Below, piece by piece: positions 1 through 7,264 of a DNA stretch of 18,783 bases. The stretch spans positions 1 through 18,783 of the forward strand of contig CANCCF010000067.1 in the NCBI GenBank assembly GCA_947374485.1, given 5' to 3'. This DNA comes from Comamonadaceae bacterium (GTDB taxonomy: Bacteria > Pseudomonadota > Gammaproteobacteria > Burkholderiales > Burkholderiaceae_C). The position numbers and the translations under genes are program-made. Numbering within the stretch: the first letter of the stretch is position 1; every line of letters starts with the position of its first letter. Below the pieces are notes generated by a model. It made no database searches. It saw only the letters and a program-made list of their open reading frames with translations, and was not told where the DNA came from.

Positions 1-60
1 GGCCAGACGCCGTTAGCCGTTACCATCTGCGCTCCCTTCGTTCTGGAATGATTCCTCTGC

Positions 61-2193
61 ATGTCTGCTCCCTCCGGTATGAACCTGGCCCAGCAAGAGG
101 CCGTCAACTATTTGCACGGCCCCTGCCTGGTGCTGGCCGGTGCCGGCTCGGGCAAGACGCGCGTCATCACGCACAAGATTGCGCGCCTGATCCAGACCGG
201 CATGCCAGCCAGGCGCATTGCCGCCATCACGTTTACCAACAAGGCCGCGGCCGAGATGCGCGAGCGCGCCAAGAGCCTGATTGGCAAACCCGCCAAGGAC
301 GTGGTGGTCTGCACTTTTCATTCGCTGGGCGTGCGCATGCTGCGCCAGGACGGCGCGGCGCTCGGCCTCAAGCCCGCCTTTTCCATCCTCGACACCGACG
401 ACGTCACCAGCATCCTGAAGGACGCGGGTGGCACGGTGGATGCAGCCACCGCGCGCCAATGGCAGTGGACCATCAGCGGCTGGAAGAGCGCCGGGCTGAA
501 TGCCGAGCAGGCCCTGGCCGTGGCTGCCAATGACAGCGAACGCCAGGTGGCCGTGGTCATGGCACGCTATGAGGAGCGCCTGAGCGCCTACCAGAGCGTG
601 GACTTTGACGACCTGATCAGCCTGCCTTTGAAGCTGCTGCAAAACCACCCCGAGGTGCGCATGAAATGGCAGGAGCAGATGGGCCATGTGCTGGTGGACG
701 AGTACCAGGACACCAACGCCACACAGTACGAGATGCTCAAAATGCTGGTGGGCGAGACGGCCGACCTTGCCCGCTTCACGGCCGTGGGCGATGACGACCA
801 ATCCATCTACGGCTGGCGCGGCGCCACGCTGGACAACCTGCGCCGCCTGCCGGTGGATTTTCCGGCCCTGAAAGTCATCAAGCTGGAGCAGAACTACCGC
901 TCCACCTCGGCGATCCTGCGCGCCGCCAACAACGTGATTGGCCCCAACCCCAAGCTGTACCCGAAGAACCTGTGGAGCGATCTGGGCGAAGGTGAGCCGG
1001 TGCGTGTGGTGGACGCCGACAGTGAGGAACACGAGGCCGAGCGGGCGGTAGCGCGCATCCAGAGCCTGCGCGCCGAGGGCAGCCTGGCGCAGGACGGCAA
1101 GCAGTACCGCGAGTTCAAGGATTTCGCCGTGCTGTACCGCGCCAACCACCAGGCCAAGCCGTTCGAGAAAGCCTTGCGCCGCGCCAACATCCCCTACAAG
1201 GTCTCGGGCGGTCAGAGCTTTTTTGACCGCGCCGAGATCCGCGACCTGTGCGCCTGGTTTCGCCTGTGGGCCAACAACGATGACGACCCGGCCTTTGTGC
1301 GCGCTGTGACCACACCCAAGCGCGGCATTGGCCACCAGACCCTGGGCACGCTGGGCGTATATGCCAGCCAGTACAAGCTCAGCCTGTTCGAGGCCCTGTT
1401 TTCGTCGTCACTTGGGGCGACGCTCAGCGGCAAAGCGCTGGGCAGCCTGCACGAGTTCGGCCGCTATGTGAACGACCTGCAGTTCCGCGCCCGCCACACC
1501 GAAGGCGCGGAAAACGCTATTTCATTCTTGACCGAGTGGCTGAAGGAAATCGGCTACGAAAGGCACCTCTACGACGGCGAAGAAAGCGAGAAATTGGCAG
1601 CAGCCAAATGGGCCAATGTGATCGAGTTTTGCGAGTGGATGGCGCAGCGCTGTGGCGGCCAGGTGGAAGGTGTGGCCGGAGTGGACGAGCGCGAGGTGAA
1701 GAACCTGCTGGAGGTCTCGCAAACCATCGCCCTGCTCTCCACCCTGACCGAGCGCGAAAAGGACCAGAACGTGGTGACGCTCTCCACCCTGCACGCCTCC
1801 AAGGGCCTGGAATGGCCGCATGTGCTGCTGGTGGGCGTGAACGAAGGTGTGCTGCCCTTCAAGCTCAAGGAGTCCACCGGTGCCGATGGCAGTGTGGTGC
1901 GCGATGAAGAGGCCGTGGCCGAGGACCTGGCCACGCGCTTGCAGGAAGAGCGGCGCCTGATGTACGTGGGCATTACCCGCGCACAGCGCAGCCTGGCCGT
2001 GAGCTGGGCCAAGCGGCGAAAGAAGGGGCGGGAACTGGTGGCGGCCTCGCCCAGCCGCTTTATTGCCGAGATGGCACTCAACCAGGCCACCACCAAAGAA
2101 GACCCGCGGGAAAGACTGCGTGCGCTGCGGGCCGAATTTGCCCTGAAGGCGCAGTTGTCAGCAGCGGCCAGCGCAGCACACAAACTGCGTTGA
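61..2193 (+). CDS. rep: ATP-dependent DNA helicase Rep (UvrD/Rep superfamily 1)
   Basis: 710-aa ORF. The N-terminus [34 protein letters not shown] closely matches E. coli Rep ([25 protein letters not shown], Walker A). It also has DEYQDT (motif II), LEQNYRST, and [17 protein letters not shown] plus [11 protein letters not shown] (motifs V/VI). Confidence 0.92.
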   Translation: [710 protein letters not shown]

Positions 2194-2201
2194 CACAGCC
2201 G

Positions 2202-2852
2202 CTAAATGGATAGCCCCAGTGCGCCGCTCAAGGTGGACGGCGGGCCAAACTCGGCATCGTGAATATCTGAAAGCGCCAGCATGGCGGCCACCGCATCCTG
2301 GTTGAAGCCGACGCGGGCATGGCCCATGCCGTCACCACCCGCCATGATCAGCCGGTTGATGTAGGTGCTGCATTCCCTGTAACCCCACAGCGTGCGTATC
2401 GTGTTGGCAATGCGCTGGTGGTGCGCCTCTACCGCCTCCAACGCCATGTTTTTACGCTGCTCCAGCGTCAGCTCGGGCTCCAGCGGCATGGGCGCGGTGG
2501 GCAAAACGAAATCAATCTGGTGGTCATCCATGACCGGCGTGGCCGAGGACGGTACAGCCACGGGCGTCATCACCGGCTTTGGCAGGGGTGCGGCCGCCAT
2601 GTGGGCGGCAACGCGTACAAGGGGTTGCACGGGCTTGGACGGCCCAGTGGACGTAGCAGTCGGTGCGGCACGTGCTAGAGAGGGTTCGGCTTGGGGCATG
2701 CGGGCATTTTCCGAAGCCAGCGTGCGCTCCAGTTCAGCCAGCGACGACGGCCGGGCCGGCAGTCGGCTGTCCGACGGCAAGCGCGAGCTTTGCGCCTCTT
2801 TGGTAGGCGAGTCAGTTGCTTTGTCGCTCTTGCCAAAAAACCTGCTGAACAT
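2202..2852 (-). CDS. hypothetical protein (Pro/Ala/Ser-rich N-terminal half, conserved-looking C-terminal ~80 aa)
   Basis: 216-aa ORF with host-like GC, convergent with rep (8-bp gap). It has an ATG start and a low-complexity linker followed by a structured C-terminus (RTLWGYRECSTYINRLIMAGGDGMGHARVGF). I do not recognise the family. Confidence 0.55.
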   Translation of the reverse strand: MFSRFFGKSDKATDSPTKEAQSSRLPSDSRLPARPSSLAELERTLASENARMPQAEPSLARAAPTATSTGPSKPVQPLVRVAAHMAAAPLPKPVMTPVAVPSSATPVMDDHQIDFVLPTAPMPLEPELTLEQRKNMALEAVEAHHQRIANTIRTLWGYRECSTYINRLIMAGGDGMGHARVGFNQDAVAAMLALSDIHDAEFGPPSTLSGALGLSI

Positions 2853-2953
2853 GGATCACTTTCGTCGGATTTTTGCCATGGTAACGCAGACCCCAGTCGT
2901 TTTACAGCCATTGGCGTAAAAAGCCAAGCGCCCTTTGCTGTGGATGGCCTCTG

Positions 2954-3038
2954 CTTCGAAAGCCATGGAGCGGCGAAGGAGGGGCGAAGGAGCGGCGAAC
3001 CCTAGGCCGCTACCCCGGCAAGGGCTCGCCAATCAACC
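2954..3038 (-). pseudogene. degenerate tRNA-Gly(GCC)-like remnant (possible relic att site or decayed duplicate)
   Basis: CTTCGAAAGCCATGGAGCGG (2954-2973) matches 19/20 the sequence spanning the 3' end and downstream flank of the intact tRNA-Gly (5146-5165, CTTCGAAAACCATGGAGCGG). Further in there is a CCTTGCC anticodon-loop-like string (GCC at 3017-3019), a GGTTCG T-loop-like string and a GTTGATTGG-GAGC D-arm-like string. No acceptor 5' strand and no canonical T-arm can be formed. An 11-bp-period GGCGAA(GGAG) triplication (2972, 2983, 2994) disrupts it. Confidence 0.4.
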
Positions 3039-3328
3039 CGTTTACAAGCCAAAACCACTTCGGACTTGGGCTTGATTTTTGTCTAGGGCACCAGGTGTTG
3101 CCCCCGCTTCAATACACCATTTATAGGCGGGATCCGGAGCAACTGGATGCCTGAAGCAGCGATCCTCACATCCGCAACTTGCAAAATGGAAACGGGTTTG
3201 TCAGATATGTACCAGGTTTGATACCAGCCATCACCATGTACCGACGTGACGCCTTCGCACGTGTTCGACAACTCGCTCTGCGGCTGCGGACGTGGGCCCG
3301 GATCAAACTGCGCCTCGGGTTGAAATCA

Positions 3329-5023
3329 ATGGATGACTCCGCTTACACGGAGTGGGTCAGACGGTATGACACACTGGATGGCAACAAAAGGGCCGCTTTA
3401 GCCGAATTGTGCAATGGATTTGCCCATCGGCCGAAAATATCCGTTCTGATGCCGATTTGCAGTCCAATTCACAATTGGCTTGTCGAAGCGATCGAGTCGG
3501 TCCGGAATCAGATATATCCAAATTGGGAACTGTGCATCACTGTGGCCACATCCATTGATCCATCCGTTCGGGCCAGTCTCGAAGACTTCTCCAGAAAAGA
3601 CAAACGCATCAAGCTGGCACTTGTTACAGCGCCCGGGCGATTTTCTATCGCTTCAAATAGTGCGCTTGAACTTGCGACAGGTGAATGGATTGCGTGGCTG
3701 GGTCACAACGATATATTGGCAGAAACGGCCTTGTGCCGGGTCATGGAAGCGTTCAACCTTGATTCAAATGCCGTATTTTTCTACTCTGATGAAGACAAAG
3801 TCAATTCCAAAGGGATTCGATGCGAACCCCTTTTCAAACCTGACTGGTCGCCACATTTGGCGTGTTCCCAGGCATATATTGGGCGCCTGTTCGTTTTCAA
3901 GGCAATACAGGCTAAACCCGAGCTTGAGGAAGATTCAGTTGGTTCACATGACTACGCGCTATGGCTCTCCATCACGAGCAAGCTGAAACGGAACCAGATT
4001 CATCATATAAGCTGCGTGCTCTATCACCGAAGGAAGGGCGCATACCCGACTGCAAGCATCACATCCAGTGAAAACAGGGCAAACCTGAAAGCCTTGAACA
4101 GGTTCATCTCCGACAGGTATTGCGATGAAACCTTGTATGCAAAAAATGGCAAGTCGAAGTTCACATATTCCCTGGAGCGCCGTCTTGGCGTGGAAATCCT
4201 CATCTCGATAATTATTCCAACAAAGGACAAAGTTGATCTTCTGTCAGATTGCATTCAAAGCATTCGCAAAAAGTCAACATGGCATAATTTTGAGATTATC
4301 ATTATCAACAACAATTCCATCGAAAAATCGACTTTTGAGTACCTTGACAAGATCAGGGCAATCGATGCGAGGATTACTGTTGTGGATGCACCGATTGAAT
4401 TTAATTGGTCACGAATCAACAATATAGGAATATCCAGGGCCCATGGGGACTTGTATGTATTTTTAAATAATGACACCCTCATTGTTGAGGGGACCTGGCT
4501 TGAAGCACTGTCAACTTATGCATTGCTCCCGGATGTAGGGGTTGTTGGGGGACTTTTGACGTATGAGGATGGAAGCATTCAGCACTCAGGTGTGGTAGTG
4601 GGCATGGGAGGCTGGGCGGATCATATTTTCTGCACCCAAGCTGCCACGCACGCCTCGGGTACAGGTTTTGTATCTCCGGTATTGACTCGCAATGTACTTG
4701 CCGTGACAGGTGCATGCATGGCAATTTCAAGAAGAACAATCAGGTCAATTGGCCTGTTTGATGAGAACTTTGTTATCTGCGGAAGCGACGTGGAGATGTG
4801 CATACGTTCCCACAAATACGGCTACTTTAATGTAATGTGTGCAGAAGCCAGGTTATTTCACTTTGAATCGAAAACCCGATCATCTTTTGTCCCGGCAATT
4901 GATATTGAACAATCAAGGGAAAAGTATGCGCCCTATCGAAAGGAAAAGATCGACCCGTTCTTCAATGAGAATCTTTCACTGAATACAACATATATTCGTT
5001 TGAAGGATTCACCTGTTGCTTGA
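3329..5023 (+). CDS. two-domain family-2 glycosyltransferase (GT-A fold), orphan
   Basis: The ORF is open from 3179 (TTG). In-frame ATGs lie at 3236 and 3329. I prefer 3329 because the AT-rich composition of the gene starts about there. Domain 1: ISVLMPICSP...AIESVRNQIYPNWEL...YSDEDK (DxD). Domain 2: ISIIIPTKDKVDLL..CIQSIRKKS..FEIIIINNNS...VFLNNDT (DxD-like)...GACMAISR. The pre-domain YTEWVRRYDTLD string is typical of O-antigen/EPS-type GT2 enzymes. Confidence 0.85.
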   Translation: MDDSAYTEWVRRYDTLDGNKRAALAELCNGFAHRPKISVLMPICSPIHNWLVEAIESVRNQIYPNWELCITVATSIDPSVRASLEDFSRKDKRIKLALVTAPGRFSIASNSALELATGEWIAWLGHNDILAETALCRVMEAFNLDSNAVFFYSDEDKVNSKGIRCEPLFKPDWSPHLACSQAYIGRLFVFKAIQAKPELEEDSVGSHDYALWLSITSKLKRNQIHHISCVLYHRRKGAYPTASITSSENRANLKALNRFISDRYCDETLYAKNGKSKFTYSLERRLGVEILISIIIPTKDKVDLLSDCIQSIRKKSTWHNFEIIIINNNSIEKSTFEYLDKIRAIDARITVVDAPIEFNWSRINNIGISRAHGDLYVFLNNDTLIVEGTWLEALSTYALLPDVGVVGGLLTYEDGSIQHSGVVVGMGGWADHIFCTQAATHASGTGFVSPVLTRNVLAVTGACMAISRRTIRSIGLFDENFVICGSDVEMCIRSHKYGYFNVMCAEARLFHFESKTRSSFVPAIDIEQSREKYAPYRKEKIDPFFNENLSLNTTYIRLKDSPVA

Positions 5024-5113
5024 AAAGATGATGCTACTGCCTAGATTGCGCCAGATCGAAGAAGCATAGCCAAGGCGGAAAAAGAGTAAGGCCTGAAAAA
5101 AGTCGCCGGAAAG

Positions 5114-5140
5114 CAAAAAGCCCATCCTTTCGGACGGGCT
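5114..5140 (-). terminator. rho-independent terminator downstream of tRNA-Gly
   Basis: The minus strand reads AGCCCGTCC-GAAA-GGATGGGCT followed by TTTTTGC. This is a 9-bp stem (one G.U) with a T-run, 18 nt after the tRNA 3' end. Confidence 0.7.
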
Positions 5141-5157
5141 CTTCACTTCGAAAACCA

Positions 5158-5233
5158 TGGAGCGGGAAAAGAGGCTCGAACTCTCGACCTATACCTTGGC
5201 AAGGTATCGCTCTACCAACTGAGCTATTCCCGC
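5158..5233 (-). tRNA. tRNA-Gly (anticodon GCC), CCA encoded
   Basis: The reverse complement is GCGGGAATAGCTCAGTTGGTAGAGCGATACCTTGCCAAGGTATAGGTCGAGAGTTCGAGCCTCTTTTCCCGCTCCA. It folds as a perfect 7-bp acceptor (GCGGGAA/TTCCCGC), D-arm GCTC/GAGC, anticodon stem ATACC/GGTAT with loop TTGCCAA, and T-loop TTCGAGC. It is near-identical in layout to E. coli tRNA-Gly(GCC). Confidence 0.93.
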
Positions 5234-5257
5234 ATGGTGGCTACTTGCGTAACCGTT

Positions 5258-5302
5258 TGGTGGCCTGGGGCGGAATCGAACCACCGACACAAGGATTTTC
5301 AA
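5258..5302 (-). repeat. distal att repeat: exact 45-bp copy of the tRNA-Phe 3' portion (anticodon loop to CCA)
   Basis: TGGTGGCCTGGGGCGGAATCGAACCACCGACACAAGGATTTTCAA is identical 45/45 to 11307-11351. Identity stops abruptly on both sides. No 5' half of a tRNA follows. Confidence 0.95.
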
Positions 5303-5465
5303 CACATTTAGCAGCGGCAAACCCAGCATTGACGCGGGTTGCAGCCCAAAAGTGTGTTCCGTGTGACGGACTGTGCTACAGAACCTAAAAGGTGCTTTTT
5401 GCTCCGTTCCACCCAACAGCATTGCTGTTTTTAGCATGACCGTATTGTAGCGCATAAACGAGCCG

Positions 5466-5912
5466 CTACTTGCCAAAGCCCTTACGCAGTGCACCGCTTG
5501 CAGCGTCCATCGCTGCATCCAGTTCACCGCCCTCAACTGCCTCGCGCACCACTGCCAGCACACTTGCCAACTCGCTTGCGCTGGCAACCTCAATTGCCGT
5601 CAGCCCCTTGCTGTTAAGTGCAAGGCACTTGCTGCCGTATTTCACCTGCAGCGCCAGCTTGCCGCCTTCCGTCTTAAACCACCATTGCCGCGCCTTGCGT
5701 GTCTTTTGCTCTGTGCTTTGCACGCCAGTTTCCGCGTCAACTACCGTAACTGTCTTGCTTGCCGTATAGGTAGTGCCAGCCGCAAACGCGGTAGCCATTG
5801 CTATTTGCTGATCAATCTTTACGCACAGTTTGGAGCGGCGCAATTGCACGGGTGCAACCTGCGTAACCTTCTTTGCGGCTGTGAACTTGAGTGAGGCGAG
5901 ACCTGTTGCCAT
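5466..5912 (-). CDS. hypothetical protein (148 aa), island-encoded
   Basis: An ATG at 5912 is preceded by GGAAGGAAAG (RBS) 4 nt upstream; the track's longer version starts at TTG 5927. The protein is MATGLASLKFTAAKK...RQWWFKTEGGKLALQVKYGSK...GGELDAAMDAASGALRKGFGK. It resembles a recurrent ~150-aa island-associated protein type I recall seeing, but I cannot name the family with confidence. Confidence 0.6.
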   Translation of the reverse strand: MATGLASLKFTAAKKVTQVAPVQLRRSKLCVKIDQQIAMATAFAAGTTYTASKTVTVVDAETGVQSTEQKTRKARQWWFKTEGGKLALQVKYGSKCLALNSKGLTAIEVASASELASVLAVVREAVEGGELDAAMDAASGALRKGFGK

Positions 5913-5999
5913 GTGCTTTCCTTCCAATATTTGTTAAAGCACAGTCAAGTCTGGCATCGCCGTTCAAATAGTCGATCAATACACACACGAAAAGGTCTG

Positions 6000-6284
6000 C
6001 TATTTGCGTATTGGTTTTCGCCCAGTCAATTTCGCTTGCTCTTTATTTGCAGCGCTTTGCATCTGTCCGTATTTCATAAACGCCATCTCCTTATCAAAAT
6101 TTGTTACCTGCACCTGGTTATCAGCCGTTTGTGCGATTTCCGCTGCCAATGCACCCTGCAGCTTTTGCTGGCGCTGTTGATCGCTTTGAACGGGGTAAGT
6201 TTGTGCCACTTGCGCTGCCAATTGCCGTTGCTTCATATTGGCAGCAGCCACTGCATTTTGTGGGGCGATTTCACTGTATTTCAT
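6000..6284 (-). CDS. hypothetical small Gln/Ala-rich protein (94 aa)
   Basis: An ATG at 6284 has AGGA 7-8 nt upstream. The gene is co-oriented with, and 87 bp upstream of, the 148-aa gene. The sequence is Q/A-rich and probably helical, with no recognisable domain. Confidence 0.5.
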   Translation of the reverse strand: MKYSEIAPQNAVAAANMKQRQLAAQVAQTYPVQSDQQRQQKLQGALAAEIAQTADNQVQVTNFDKEMAFMKYGQMQSAANKEQAKLTGRKPIRK

Positions 6285-6435
6285 ACTAAATCCTATCTTC
6301 TTCCATATTTATTCATAAGATTTGGCACGAAATATTATGGTTTTATTTGGTGCACATAAATACTGTATGAATATATACACCATACGACAAAAAACAGCAT
6401 ACAACCCAAACACCAGAACTACGGAGAAGCAAGCG

Positions 6436-6888
6436 ATGCGAAACTGGCTTATTGGCAAAAAGCAGGAGTTTCAGTTTGCTGTAACTCTTACTATCAAACA
6501 GACTATTACTGTGAAGAATGACAAAGGAACATACAAGCACAGGCTAAAGCGCAATGACGTAGATGGGATTGCAGAGAGGTTTACGCAAAAACTGAATGAG
6601 CAAGTGTTTGGGCATAGTGCAAAGCGTCACAAGCGCAAGCTGCTCTACATACCCATAGTTGAGGGCGTACACAATGGCAAAAACTTACACCTTCACTTTG
6701 CTATAGGGCACTACCCTAAAGATCGTCTGCCAAATCATTTTCCTCAATTAGTGCAAAACGCCATCACGCTGGTTACTGAACTGGATGAACAGCATAAGGT
6801 TGATGTGATGGACAGTGGTTGGTTTGAATACATAACGAAAGAGCTAAGCGCCAGAAACACGGACAACGTGTTATGGCATTTGGCTTAA
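6436..6888 (+). CDS. small HUH-motif protein, rolling-circle Rep/relaxase-like (150 aa from the preferred start)
   Basis: Three motifs appear in canonical HUH-endonuclease order: FAVTLT (motif I-like, 6475-6492), NLHLHFAIG (His-hydrophobic-His, 6688-6696), and WFEYITKE (YxxK-type catalytic Tyr candidate, Tyr codon 6829-6831). ATG 6436 has GGAG 9 nt upstream. Alternative in-frame starts are 6322 (TTG), 6337 and 6367. The layout resembles the Inovirus Gp2 / YfjJ-YagK type of island protein, but that assignment is from memory of motif architecture only. Confidence 0.55.
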   Translation: MRNWLIGKKQEFQFAVTLTIKQTITVKNDKGTYKHRLKRNDVDGIAERFTQKLNEQVFGHSAKRHKRKLLYIPIVEGVHNGKNLHLHFAIGHYPKDRLPNHFPQLVQNAITLVTELDEQHKVDVMDSGWFEYITKELSARNTDNVLWHLA

Positions 6889-6924
6889 CAGCATTACTGG
6901 CTTAGTGCCTCTTGCTGTCGTTGC

Positions 6925-6948
6925 ATTAAAGCTGAGTGAAGCTTTAAT
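6925..6948 (+). other. perfect 9-bp stem / 6-nt loop hairpin 37 bp downstream of the HUH-protein gene
   Basis: ATTAAAGCT-GAGTGA-AGCTTTAAT. No T-run follows, so it is not a typical intrinsic terminator. It is a candidate nick/ori-type hairpin or simply an RNA stability element. Confidence 0.4.
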
Positions 6949-7264
6949 TGGCTGCGCTTTCTTAAAAATTCGCTACTTCATCAACATAAAAGTCGTCAGC
7001 TACAAAGCAACACGAACACAGCGAGAACGCACGATAGCAAGCGTAGACAGCGTAAGGCATAGCAGAGTAGCTGACTGCTGTAGACGCTGCTGCAACGCTG
7101 GCAGGACATGCAGGAGCAGCGCATAAGAAAATAACAATATTCTTAAGTGGCTTGATTTTATTGGCTATTTTCAGCGCACCAAATAATTTGCCTATTGATC
7201 GACTTCCTGCACTAAATAAAGCAGACTAATGCGTATTAAAAAATTTGGTGAACTGGAGAAATTT

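Noticed and set aside
13-1335. 440-aa ORF antisense to rep, and similar long antisense or overlapping ORFs in the high-GC backbone (e.g. 1569-2183 -, 11510-12325 +, 12809-14104 +, 12982-14748 +, 14760-15542 +, 15760-16410 +, 16319-17170 +, 17603-18262 +).
   Set aside because: They lie opposite genes with unambiguous conserved motifs (rep, ntrX, ntrY, rsmB, rpoC). Their translations are Arg/Ala/Gly/Pro-rich low-complexity strings, typical of stop-codon-poor frames in high-GC DNA.
2966-3045. Possibility that the tRNA-Gly-like sequence is a functional second tRNA.
   Set aside because: No 5' acceptor strand complementary to TCGCCGC exists. The T-arm would need a 9-nt loop. An 11-bp-period repeat expansion sits where the T-stem and acceptor should be.
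3047-3080. Hairpin-plus-T-run (AAGCC...GGCTT GATTTTT) resembling the tRNA-Gly terminator, considered as a plus-strand terminator.
   Set aside because: No plus-strand gene ends upstream of it, and the stem is interrupted. It is more likely part of the decayed tRNA-Gly-associated repeat than a functional terminator.
5189-5593. 134-aa minus-strand ORF spanning tRNA-Gly, the att repeat and the island end.
   Set aside because: It reads straight through a canonical tRNA gene and the 45-bp tRNA-Phe repeat. It has no RBS and no sensible protein features.
6323-6338. TGGCAC at 6323-6328 as a sigma-54 -24 element upstream of the HUH-motif gene.
   Set aside because: The expected -12 TTGC five bases downstream is absent (the sequence is ATTAT). 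A single hexamer match is not evidence.
6996-7124. 42-aa Cys-rich, hydrophobic-tailed minus-strand ORF (MRCSCMSCQRCSS...VLAVFVLLCS), and the overlapping 73-aa plus-strand ORF 6905-7126, in the gap between the HUH gene and the small recombinase gene.
   Set aside because: No Shine-Dalgarno precedes either start. The Cys/Ser richness follows directly from the GCAGC/GCTGC repeat composition of the DNA. A type-I-toxin-like peptide cannot be excluded but is unsupported; the region is treated as non-coding or structured DNA instead.
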